DNA of 61,068 nucleotides, the filler included, from Basidioascus undulatus (taxonomy: Eukaryota): assembly GCA_000826855.1 (NCBI GenBank). It is 4 parts of 4 records of this genome, joined end to end, with 100 filler letters (N's around TTAATTAATTAA, not from the genome) between each part and the next. Parts side by side here need not be neighbours in the genome. Positions count along the whole stretch, not along the records: positions 1 to 15,200 come from JTLS01000658.1; 3 more parts are not named here. One strand, 5' to 3'. Position numbers and translations under genes: made by a program. The notes beneath the pieces were generated by a model, which searched no databases, was not told the origin of the DNA, and worked only from the letters and a program-made list of their open reading frames with translations. Positions 1 to 11,232 of this stretch are shown piece after piece (the stretch's first letter is position 1; each line of letters starts with the position of its first letter).

Positions 1-103
1 AGCGAAGAAGTCCACTCGTGCGCCCCTTACCCCTTCCCTCTCCCCCTTCCACCTTCCTTTCTTTCCCCCTTCCGCCATCTCACATGCAACCCACCCCCCA
101 CAG

Positions 104-321
104 ACGTAGCTCAAGTCCTCCTCGCCTCCACCTCCCGGGACTACCTCATCTCCAACGCCTCCTGGCTCGCCGGCAGCGGCGGGACCGTCGCGCTCGACCT
201 GTTCGTGCTCGGCCAGTTTGTGTACTTCAGGAATGCGGAGCGCGTGTGGGTCGCCGATGGGGATGTTCGCAGCGCGGCGGGGGAGGGGGATGGGGAGGTT
301 AGGGAGGAGGGGGAGGTTTGA
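104..321 (+). CDS. Last exon of a PQ-loop family transporter (Ypq/PQLC2-like); 5' part outside the contig
   Basis: After acceptor CAG (101-103) the frame reads VAQVLLASTSRDYLISNASWLAGSGGTVALDLFVLGQFVYFR...EV*, TGA 319-321. This resembles the C-terminal WLxGSxGTxxxD..xQF segment of fungal PQ-loop proteins. Confidence 0.6.
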
Positions 322-539
322 TGGGCGGTGGAGTCGGGGGAGATACGGAAGTGTACTTTTAGAGGAGAGGCGGAGAGCGGATTCGCGTTTGCTTCTTTTG
401 CGAGATGAAGGAGGGGTGTGGCGGATTAGTGCAGAAGCGGGAGGGATACCAGCCTATGCCGTGCAGGCAACAACAACGCCCTTGAGAAGCCAGCTAAGCG
501 AGGAGACGACGTACTCCTCGAAGTGCAAGATAGTTGATA

Positions 540-1420
540 TCGTGAGCACCTTGTTTCACCGACAGCGCCGGCCGCCAGTGTAGCTTGGACACGCGGCGGC
601 AGGACGACTTGAGGAACGCTGGCGGCGTTGGGGTCGGACCTGGGGATCGGGAGTCAAAGTTGCGTGCACAGAGGCACAAGAAGCTCTCTGATGGAGTGGG
701 CTGGGACACCGGAGCCATCAGAGAGAGGGAAAACGTTGGTGCCCGGAGGCGGTCCAAGGAGATTTGTAAGGAGGCTCAGAACGTCGTGCACAGTGGCACC
801 ACGATAGAGAAAGGGTTTTGAAGCTTGAAGCACCTGGAACGAAGGAGAGTGCTACTGGGACTGGTTAAGAGACTGCGGTCGGCGATGTGAATCTGGGGGA
901 AATGGTCAGGGTCATCGGTTAAGAACGCGGATGCACCAAAAGTGAAGAAGAAGTGTAACAAAGTGCGGTGATGCACCTGGGAGAATGAGAACGAGGTGCG
1001 CAGAGGCCGCACCAAAACAGAAAGAAGAACGGTGGTGCGCAGGACATCACCACGAGCAACGATGAGAGAAGAAACCGAAAGTGAATAAGGGAGAGCGTAT
1101 TTAATCACTCGAAAAAGAACCCAGGTGCGTAAAGGCACTCAGGAAGAAGAAGAGCAAACGAGCGCGCCGGCATGCGCGCACCCGGGAGGAAACTCAAGCA
1201 GCGTTGAGAGAAGAATCAATAAAAGCGAATGTATTTTACCACTCGTAAAACTGACCTAGGTGCACGAAGGCACCCTGGACGACGAATAGTACAGGAGTGC
1301 GCAGAGGCACTCCACAAGAAAGCGAACGACGAGCGAACGGCGGTGTGCAGAGGTACCGGGTGTCAGTGGGGTGTTTCTTGAGGATAGGGGTCCGAAAGGT
1401 GAGAGGAAGGTCGGCTGTTA
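540..1420. mobile_element. Dispersed repeat, copy A, with array of RGTGC-N6-GCACY palindromes (probable degenerate transposon or related element)
   Basis: Colinear similarity to 10295-11132: ggacgacttgaggaacgct/ggacggcttgaggaacgct, gagtcaaagttgcgtgc/gagtcaaggttgcgtgc, ctactgggactggtt, cgtatttaaYcRctcgaaaa, tcttgagga. Palindromes at about 663, 785, 962, 995, 1124, 1259, 1296, 1342. Boundaries are approximate; no TIR or TSD identified. Confidence 0.6.
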
Positions 1421-1596
1421 CTCCTGCCAGTAGCGTGTTTAATGTACTTAGTCTTTACATTCAAGGTCTACAATGAAACCATGGCGAGCTCCATGTGTCA
1501 GTTCTCCGAAGGTAAGAGAGCCTTGCGTGCGAGAATTGTTCACCTGCCATGCCGCACAGTGCTCCAACCTGCATCACGCCAATAAGGGGCACACGT

Positions 1597-2693
1597 CTGA
1601 CGACCGTGTTACCAGCTGCAAGGACAGGAGCGAGCTTCCAACTGAGGATGTTGGCGGGATAGTGGAACCTGCTCAGTAATACAAAAATTAGAAATCCTGG
1701 GTGTGCAATCATCATCGAAATAGAGCGTACGGCGTGCTGTAAAGGGGCATGCGGTTGTATGTTAGAGCTCTTCTGGAGCACAGTCTGCAAAACGCTTGCT
1801 ACTGACATAAGAGCACTGTTGAAGGATATCCCCAGTTAGAAGGGGAAGTCGATTGCGAAAGGTAATCTCGACCGGCTTACCAGACGCCCAGCGGCTCGCG
1901 GTGGGTGTAGTAGGTAAGGGCGGCGTCGCCCGACGTGCTGGGGACGGTCTGTCCCTCGAGCTCTACGAAACAACGAAGCACTCAGCAGACACACTCTTCA
2001 TATAACCAACGCCTCAATCAGAAACGCACTGTCCGCCAGACCCACATAGTATCTCAGCAGGCTAACCAGCCCGAAGATGTCGACCGTCTTCGCATTGGAG
2101 AAGAGCATGCCGACGTCGAAAGCCTCGAGCAGGCTGAGTTCTTCAATAACGCGCTCGATGAGGTCCGCGAGCTTCCAGAGTAGCTTTCCCCTCTCCACGC
2201 CGGGGAGGGCGGACCAGGGCCCGGTTTTGAACGCCTGTGGAGTAGGGATGGAGGGTTAGTCTGGAGGAGAGAGGAAGGGGAGGGGGAAGGTGGAGAGGCG
2301 CACGGCGAGCGCAGCGGCGACTACGTTGTCGACGTCCGTTTGATTTGAGAGCGAGGATAAGTAGCTTGCGAATGGGAAGGGGGAAGAAGGAGTGGCGCAC
2401 GGCGTCGGCCTCCTGGACCTTCGCAAGCACCTTGGTTGTCGTGTTGACGGTGTCTGCGCCATCGATAAAAAAAAATCAGCAGCCCTGGACTTGTCTACTA
2501 GAAGAATGCCCCGCTCACCGAACGTCTTTCCCGAAGAGGCAGCGACGAACTCGCCCTTGATGAAGTGGCCGGTCGGGACAGTGCGATGAAAGAGGTAAGA
2601 AACGGTCGTAGTCTGGTTCGAGTGGGAATACCCACCCTTGAGGGTCTTGTTGCCCGCGACCTCAAATTCGGTGTAGAGCTGGGGAGACGACAT
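1597..2693 (-). pseudogene. Aldehyde dehydrogenase, 5' portion only (truncated, conserved Asn replaced)
   Basis: Spliced reading MSSPQLYTEFEVAGNKTLK-VPTGHFIKGEFVAASSGKTF...ERGKLLWKLADLIER...LRYYVGLAD...[35 protein letters not shown]. No GST(T)G, ELGGK or catalytic-Cys region follows. TATA-like TATATAAA near 2776-2783. Confidence 0.75.
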
Positions 2694-3879
2694 AGTGGGG
2701 TGTCGATGTGTTTCTTGGTTAACCGACGACCGAGATGGATGAGCGAGCGAAGCAAGGAGATTCGATACTTTTCTCTTTATATACGGCCACATCGGCCCTC
2801 CCGGCCTGCACGGACTTTCATGGCCAGTTTGTAGAGCGGGATCTTTCTTTCAACGAACGTCCGAGCCCGATCTTCGTGCCGTAAATGCTTTATGTACGGG
2901 CTCACTGCTTGGCGGGTGGGCCTACGCGGAGGTTGACTCCCGAGTCGCCCCGCCTCGCGCTGCCAGGAACCACGGACTGAACATAAATCAGAATGAATAA
3001 CCTTGAGAAGAATGAGCACTGACTGTTTCTTGTAAGGTCACAGCGTTCAACAGTGTCGGTGACAAAGAGCGGCTTGTGCGTGTATAGATTTCGTTGCGTG
3101 GAGGTGGACGGGTCGTTACAAAGAGGTTACCGTACCTTGCACCAATTATACACCATAATTATTATCTAAAAGGTACACTATCTCGCCCACAGAGGTTTAT
3201 GGTGCACCACCGGTTATGCCCCCGGAGCGGCGCCCTGAAAGCTCAAGGCACCACGCACCGACTTTCCGCCGTGACCATCACATCAACTTCGGTTGCCCAG
3301 CCAGAATTTCCAGGTAAGTAGTCCGAAATTACGCCGGACTTCTCAAGCACCACTCTTTGAGCTTCTTCGATGTCCTTTCCTGAGCTGCCAGCACGCTCCA
3401 GCTGTCTGTGCACGACCGTGTTATATGCGACTCAAACGTGCCATGCTCTTGCTACCGCTTTTAAGCATATTTCCCGGATTTTTAGATACATCTAACTCAG
3501 AGATACCACTGAGCACCACGAAAACATTGGCCTCAGAGGTGCTTTTGGAAAGCACTCACTTGACAGTTGACTGGGCGTGGTATGACCGCGGATAGTCCGC
3601 GCAGATGGAGCTCGCGTCGTCCGCACGGTCAAGTGAGGTTCCTTGCAGATCCGTCAACGCTCAACTTCCACCAAGACGGCCGTCCTGTTGACTCTTGCCC
3701 TCGTACTCACACAAGCTAGTAGTTCAACTCGAATCGAGATCCTAAACTCGAATCATTCGATCGAAAGCTCGGCCTCGAACAGCTCGTCGGACTCTCCGCC
3801 GGTCTCCGCCTGCTGAGCCCCCACTGAACCGCTTTCCCCCTCTTGCTTCCCGCCCTCATCTCCCCGTTTCCGTTCATCC

Positions 3880-6171
3880 ATGTCCGACTCCCCACCTCGT
3901 GCGGCTGGCCGTCCGCGACCCAAGCCCCGCGCCCGCGCCCGCGTGACCGCAGCCGCTGCGGACTCTTCGTCCAGCGCCTCGGCCGAGACGGCGCGACGCA
4001 AGACTGCGCTCCCGTTGACTGTCGAGGACGACGACGATTTCTTCAATCGGAATAGGGGCGCGATGTGGAAGCGCCAGGCTGGGAGGGCGGGGAGTGCTGG
4101 GCCGGGGAGGAAAGGTGAGTGAGCGAGCCCTCAGCTGCAGCTGGGTGTGTTGATAGTGGGCGGATTGGAGAGATGGGCGATGGACTGTGGGGTTCTTGAA
4201 GAATCACCTCTCGTTTGGATATAGATGTGAATGTGGCAGGCTGTATCCTCTCTTCCGCGGGCAATTCACTCTCCGAACCCCCAAGTACCCTGAAATGACA
4301 CCTGTCTTCCTGCCTTCACCCCTCACAGCCTCAGTAACACCCACATCCACCTCGCCCTCCACCTCTGCTGCACCATCTTTACCCCCAGCCCCCAACACCA
4401 AGCGCCCCTCCACCTCCTCCGCCATCGAGATCCTCTCCTCGGACGAGGACGCCCCACCCTCGCGGCGGCCTTCCTCTTCGGAGGAGGACGACGACTGGGA
4501 CGGATTCGGGAAGGGCAGGAAGAAGAAGAAGAAGGTGGTCAAAGCCCCCAAGCAGCCGAGCTGGATCGATAACAAGGGCGCCATCAAGTGCGTTTCTCCT
4601 TCTATAAACCACCATGTATAGAGGGTAGACTGATCAGTTGAATCGCACAGTCTGAGCTCCGACGAGGAGACGCCGACGAAGAAGCGCCGCGTCGACACCG
4701 ACGACGACGAGTTCGCAACGCCCGTCATGCCCAAGCCCAGCGCGCCCACCCGAAAGCGCGAGGCGAGCCTCACGCCGCCCCCTCCGGTGAATGAGATGGC
4801 GCTACTCAACGCGCGGAACGTCGTCCGGTGAGTTCTCGATCCGTCCTTCTCATCCCATCTCATCCAAACCATCAACTCACTGACCGCCTCCCCTCCCCTC
4901 CCACACCCGCGCGATCTCCTCCCACCTCGACAACCCCCTCCTCCAGACATCCGCGCGCTCCTCCTCTCCTCCCCGGCCGGGGCCTCCCCTCGTCCTGGAG
5001 GAGGACGACGACGACCTAGTCGAGCTGGACCCAGCGCTCGCAGAGATCCGCAAGCGCGCGCGGGAGCGCTCGCGCGCGCACCGGGAGACGTCGACACTTT
5101 CTATCGGGGAGAGCAGCGATGTGGGCGGCGAGCGCGAGCGCGAGCGGAGGAGGGTCAGGGGCGCGCCGGAGGTTGTGGAGATTGGGGTGAGGTGGAGGCT
5201 GCACCCGGAGCGGGTGGGGCATTTGAGAGACGAGGAGAGGAGGGAGATGGAGAGGGTCAAGATGTTCAAGATCAACAGGGTGCGTTGCGCTTCTTCTGTT
5301 TCGCTCTCGCATCGGGTTCCCCCGATTTCGGACTGATGGCGGAAGTGGGGTTGGTATGCAGGGGGACTCGTTCGACAAGATGTTCAAGCATATAAGTGGC
5401 ATGACGGGCATCCTCGCCGAGCAGCTTGTCGTCTCGCACAACAACGCGCGCGTCTTCCCCGGCGCAACGCCAGACACGCTCGAGATCTTTGCGCGGGCTT
5501 CGTTCGGTTCGTCGTCCTCCCTCCTCCCTCTTTATCTTCCCCTGCCCTTCCTTACGCACGGCGACTGACGGCCGACATTTACCTTTTGCAGACGCCCAGG
5601 ACAAAGAGACGTTCGAGTACCTTCGCGCGCAGCGCAAAGCGCAGAGCGTGGCGCGGTTCGCCGCGCTCTCGGAGGATCCCGTCTCCAGCGTGCCTACTGT
5701 CCTGTCGGGCGTGAAGACCACCGCCAACGGCGTCCTTGACATCTCCGACTCGTCCTCGGACGTCGGCATCCTCGGCTCCTCCTCGCCTGTCCGCCCCGGC
5801 GCAGGCGCAGCCTCCGCGCCCGCTCCACCTGCCGACGACAATGATGACGACGGGCTCGCGGATGGACGGCTGCGGCTCACGCTCCGCGCTCGGTCCGGCG
5901 ACGACTTCAAGGTCCAGGTCGCCCCGCACCAGAAGGTCCGCGCGCTCCTCGTCGGGTACCTCAAGCATGCTGGGCTGGGCGTCGCGCTCGTCGAGAAGGG
6001 CGCGAGGCTGGAGCTGGATGGGGAGAGGCTCGATAATGACGGGACTGTGGGCGACGCGGGGATGGAGGATGAGGAGTACGTGTGCATTTTCCGGCTCGGC
6101 GAGGATGGGTGTTGGGAAAGATCGCTGACGAGGTGGGATGGGCCAGCTTGATCAACGTAATCCTGCCTTGA
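3880..6171 (+). CDS. Rad60/Esc2-like (RENi family) protein with two C-terminal SUMO-like domains; multi-exon
   Basis: Long low-complexity N-terminus, then ...FKINRGDSFDKMFKHISGMTG...RVFPGATPDTLEIF and LRLTLRARSGDDFKVQV...RLELDGERLDNDGTVGDAGMEDEDLINVILP* (TGA 6169-6171), with GT-AG introns. Confidence 0.75.
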
Positions 6172-6882
6172 GACGCGGAGACAGCTACCAGCACCATGCG
6201 GCTCCTTTCACCTCTTCCCTTTTATTCATCCTTCTTCAGGGATTCCCGCGTTTCTGTCGTCGTCAGTCTTGTGTTGTATGGACGATGTTGTAATCTTTCT
6301 CTGTTGTTACGGTGACGGTTATCGACAGCCTAATAATGTCCTGCTTCGGCGCGTGTACGCTTGTTCGCCGTGTTCTGGCAGTCCCTCGGGAAAGTGAAAG
6401 TCCTGATGAATCCCAGTCAAAGCACGGCCTTTCACGCGCGCCGTCCGGTCGAGGTCTTCCACTGAGCAATGCTTCAAAGCTATCCATCAACACCCTTATT
6501 AACCATTCTGTCTTGAAAACGGTGACATTCACCTAGGCGACCGCCCGAGGTTTTGGTCTGCACAACCCGTCCAGTGCTTGCGCAAAGAGCTGTCGGCGCC
6601 CTTCGCGAGCCAGCCTAACTCTAGCTCGGTCTAAGCTCTAAGGGATTTTATCAGTACAATTACTTTCTCTATTAAAAGATTGAATATGCTGTGGTGACTG
6701 CAACATCTCTCTAGAAATCGTAAGAAGCGCGAAAATACTGTCTGTCGTGTACGTAGTGCAGCCAGCACTGACAAACAATGCAATAATGTGATCTATGCAA
6801 GGGCTTGCTGTCCCTGTTATTTTTATCAGAATAACAGATCGATATACTCCCTTTTATTTTCTCCACTTGTCTCCCGTCCCCA

Positions 6883-9740
6883 TTAACACACCCCGTTGGT
6901 CTTGCCGTGCTTGTTGTGCAGCGAGTGCTTGTCCTCGACACTGCGTCGCATCACAGACCGATCCCCCAGTCAGCAAGTCCGCCTCTTTATGTGCTTTGAG
7001 TTATAGTCCTGTATTCTGACCCGCGGCTCTTCTTCTCATGGTGCTTCGGACGGTGAGCAGCGTGCGGGTGCGTCGCAAGGTGTTTGAGCACATCGGCGGG
7101 GGTGTCGTCCAGGAACTTGATCTGCGTATCGAAATCGAGGGCCCATCAGTCAAATTGTACAGCATCCAAGTGCAGATGGAGTAACTCACAGCCGACTTGA
7201 GGTCTCGAATAAAGGCATCGATCCTGTGCCTCGCGAAGTCCGAGCGAACGACCACGCGAAGCAACTTCGTCTTCTCCGCGTTCGGCGCCTGTCCACCCAC
7301 CCTCACATCAGCCGTTCTCTCCCTCTCTTATAAGCCTAAAGTCATGCACGCACCATCTGGTAAGCCGGCAAGACCCACCTCGAGACCTTAAGCTGCCGCG
7401 CGACCGCGAACTCGTCAAAGTGGTGCTCGCCCCTCAGGCGGAACGCAACGAGCGGCAGGCCGTGCGTGCCCCGGTCGGAGAGGAGCTCGAAACGCGGCTC
7501 GTCGGAGGACTCTTTGGAGGGGATGGAGAGGATCGACTCGGCCAGGTAGTCGGCGTTGACGGTCAGCTGCGGGACAGATGCGCCTTCAGCAGCATGTTCT
7601 TGAAAGTAGGGAAGAGGTGCATGGGGACGCACGTTCTCCATGACGGCGCGGTAGCCGGCCTTGCCGAGGCGGAGGAACTGGTAGTCTGTTTGATCAACAG
7701 TGTAAGATAATGCTCGAAGGGAAACAATGCCAACTCTTGTCATACACTGTCCGATGACCTGCACGGAGCTCTTCGAGAAGTTCAGAGTGAAGCTGATTTG
7801 CGGGGCGCCTGATATTGAACCGAGACAATTAACGTTGATATTTCTAGTTGAAAAAGTTATGAAGTTCATACCGAGGTAGTTGATGGTGAACAGGAGCTCG
7901 TCCGGCAGATACTCTTTCGAGCGCCAGAGTGCCCAGCCGACTCCCGCGTACCTGTGGAAGTAAGAAAGAAAAGCAGTCAACTTAATCGATCTGAAAGCCA
8001 TCCAAGAATAAACTCCACTCACGACATGCCGTACTCTGTAAAAGATGTCAAGTCGCAGGCGTGTCAGCGATACCTAACAAACATTACATCGAAATTACAG
8101 GCGCCACGAGCACGTACTGTGACCGGAAGTGTTGATTGAGCAGACAAGAGCTGGTTCATCCCTCGGCCATCCGTCAGTACTCGGATGCCTAGATCCGGTC
8201 CAGGGACCGAGGGTAGACCAGCCATAACTCACGAACGCGGAAGTCTGCAGAGGCATCCGATCAGCTTTGCGTGCTTTTATTATTGCTTTCACAGGAAACG
8301 AATCAAGCGCACCCCAAAGCAAGTTCGGATTCACAAACGGCGCCACGAAGCCGCCGCTGGCCGCATCGCTGTGTTGCACCGGCGTTTAAGCCGGTGCAGT
8401 GAAAATGCGCCATTGTGTGAAACACGCACACGTGAATACGCACGTCCAGTCCAAGTTCCTTGTTCCTCTTCTCCAGAGCGTCGTTCAGGCCCGAGATGTC
8501 CTCGTATTGGCCAGCTGCGTTTCCGCACGGTCAGCGACAGTCTGCGTTTTCACGTGCCGCCGAGTGCGCACTGTAGGTGGTTCCCAGGATGCCGCAAACA
8601 AGTATGGTGTTCTCATCCACGAGTGCAGCCGCTTCCTTGGGGTCGATTACGAAGCGGTCGTTCGTGCAGTACCTGGAAAAGCTGGTAAGGGGACAGACCC
8701 TAAGGGCGGGCGACGTGGAACATACCAGTACCGCTCCTCAACTTCGAGGTAGCGCGCCGCCTGGAGTGGTTTCAAGTCGCATTCAGTTTGAAGTCAAAGC
8801 AACGACGGTAAGTAAGAACGCACTTTCTCCCAGCAAACTTGAACAGCCTGTCGTGTCTCGTGTCAGTATGCGTTCGCATTTCATTATCGCAGCCAGGCAC
8901 GCACAGCGTTCATGACCTATCTGCACCTTACTCGGTCAGTAAATGTCTGTATTTCAGTGCCACTGCTATTCACGCACAATGTTAGGCTTGGACGTGTCCT
9001 TCCCCTCCGCAAGGCGCTTGTTCTTCCAGCGTCGTTTGGCCGCGAGGACCGCAAGGATGATCGCCTCCGATGATCCGATGGTGGATACGCCCATGGCGGT
9101 CATGCCCTTGACCGACTCGTCTGGCGGGGCGTTGAAAAGTCGGGCAATCATGTGCACGCATCGGCTCTCGATTTCAGCCGTGCTGGGGTATTCCTCGGCG
9201 TCGATGAAGCTGAATAGAAGAGCATCAGCTTCGCGGATAGCTGAAATAACTATCGAGATGTCAGAATCGCCTTACTTCTTGCTCAGCTGCTCCTTCATGA
9301 GCTCCTCGGCTTCCTCCTCCATAGACGTCCTGGCGGACAGCGACAAAGTCAGCTTCTTGAATCCAGCGGGGGCAGGCTATGAACTCTCTACCCACGTCAC
9401 AAAGGAAGCGAGGTTGTTTTGCGGGGTGCCATCAAGTAGAAGCTGTTGAACGGCCAGTGTGAACGGATAGTTCGCAAGAGTTCGCAAGAAGCTGAGACGC
9501 TCACCTCGTCCTTGATGAAGTGATACGCGTGCCTCGCCGGCATCTCATCCTCCGGGAGCTCAAAGCTGTACATGACAACCAGACGTGAGAATCCCCCAGC
9601 CGTTCAAAACTATACACTGCTTACCGAGGAATCTCTTGACGGGCAAGAGCGGAACCGTAAACAGTCGAGGAGTGCGCGTGCTGAGGAGTCGAGGTGCCGC
9701 TCTCGGACTCCCGGTGCGCAGTGTCGTTCAGGAAGGCCAT
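6883..9740 (-). CDS. GAD1: Glutamate decarboxylase (group II PLP-dependent); highly intron-rich
   Basis: Exons splice to [103 protein letters not shown] and C-terminal HGKTNGVC* (TAA 6883-6885). Confidence 0.93.
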
Positions 9741-10294
9741 GGTCGTTGCTCAACGGATGCGAGTGTGGTGATCGAGGAAGTCGGGTTGTTGGGAGCTTGG
9801 TGATTCTGGTGGTACAAAGTCAAGGTGCGCTGGCACGGGCAACGCGCCCATGGGAAAACCCGAAGTGAGCTCATGGTCTGTATTCGGCTCCCGGCGATTG
9901 CGAACTGCGGAACGCAGCCCATTGCAACAGGGTAACCATCTCGCAGTCCATGTTTAGATGAGCTAAAGATCCAAGAATGGAGGAGGTCGTGGAGTTCGAC
10001 GAGAAGTTTCTTTGCGACCCTGCGACGTCATTTCGTGTGCTTTTATCGCTCACTCTGGGTGGGCGGGCGACCATGGCAAGCGCTGATGGCGCACGGCGTT
10101 GTCTGTTGTAGCGTATGGACCGGAGTGCACAAGATGCGCCCGACATTACTCTGTTGGAAACGTTGACAGCTCTAGAGGGGAGTAGGCGGTGCAGTCATCC
10201 GACTCAACTTGCGGGGCAGCGGTCACCCCCCGTGCAACAATAGGGTAGCGACGCCGACTTCGACTGGCCGAACGGTGTTGGCTGAGGCACCGGG

Positions 10295-11132
10295 GAACGT
10301 AAGCACTTTCCATGCCGCTGCTCCCGCTGATGACTAGGACGGGCCACCGGACGGCTTGAGGAACGCTCACGGCGTTGGGGCTGAGCCTACGGGGACAGAG
10401 TCAAGGTTGCGTGCGCGGAAAGAGTTCAACTGAGACAAGGAGATGAGGAAGGTGGATGATGAGCGCGAGAGAGCGACCATTGGAAGGAAGCTCTAACGGT
10501 AGTGCGCGGGGGCACGAAGAGAAAGTGCGGGGCGGCACACAAGAGAAGAAGAGGATAACTACTGGGACTGGTTCAGGGGCGGTGATGGCAAGTGTGAATA
10601 TACGGGAAGGGGGTTAAAGGTGTCGGCCCCGAGGCAGGGAGAGGAAGGAGCAGACGGTGCGCGGTGGCACCCGAGGGAGGGAAGGAAACGAAACGTAGGT
10701 GCGCACAGGCACCACCAAAAGAAAATAGGAACAACTAAGCCAAGAGGGTGCTCGTAGGCACTGGGAATAGGAGTAGGGTGCGCGGAGGCACTTAAATGTA
10801 AGGGATCTCAAAAAGAAGAGTGCGCGGTTGCACCGGGTAGAAAGGAGAACGATGCGCGCAGAGGTACCGAAGCGGAAGGAGGACCGATGAGGCATAAGGC
10901 ATCATCATAAGCGACAACGAGAGAAGAACTGCTACAATTAAACGTATTTAACCGCTCGAAAATATGAACCATGGTGCACAGATGCACCCAACCCGACGAA
11001 GAGTAAGGAAGTGCGCATAGGTACCGGGGAAGAAAGCGGAACAACGAGCGAACAACAAACGGACGGCGGTGTGGAGAGGCACCGCGGGTACGTATGGGTA
11101 TCTTGAGGAGGGAACGGTGGAAGGTGGACAGT
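10295..11132. mobile_element. Dispersed repeat, copy B, with array of RGTGC-N6-GCACY palindromes
   Basis: Palindromes at 10501, 10524, 10656, 10698, 10747, 10777, 10819, 10973, 11010, 11068 plus degenerate units near 10851 and 10887. Colinear with copy A, same orientation. Confidence 0.6.
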
Positions 11133-11232
11133 GTGAGGTGTAGATGGTGAAGTAAGTGGAGAGAGAGAGAGAGGGAGACGGCGAGTACCAGGGGAGACGG
11201 CGATTGGGAGGAGAAAGGAATACGGTACGCAC

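Noticed and set aside
4204..6087. Long minus-strand ORFs of 297 and 271 aa (and similar ones opposite YCS4, XPD and the TRP gene)
   Set aside because: Antisense frames kept open by the high GC3 of the real genes.
1..9740. GABA-metabolism cluster (GAD + ALDH + PQ-loop transporter)
   Set aside because: The ALDH is truncated and cannot be assigned as succinate-semialdehyde or aminobutyraldehyde dehydrogenase, and an unrelated Rad60-like gene lies between.
10490..11132. CRISPR array (palindromic repeats with unique spacers)
   Set aside because: Eukaryotic intron-rich context, repeats only 16 bp and degenerate, irregular purine-biased spacers, and no cas genes. Kept as a non-CRISPR palindrome array.
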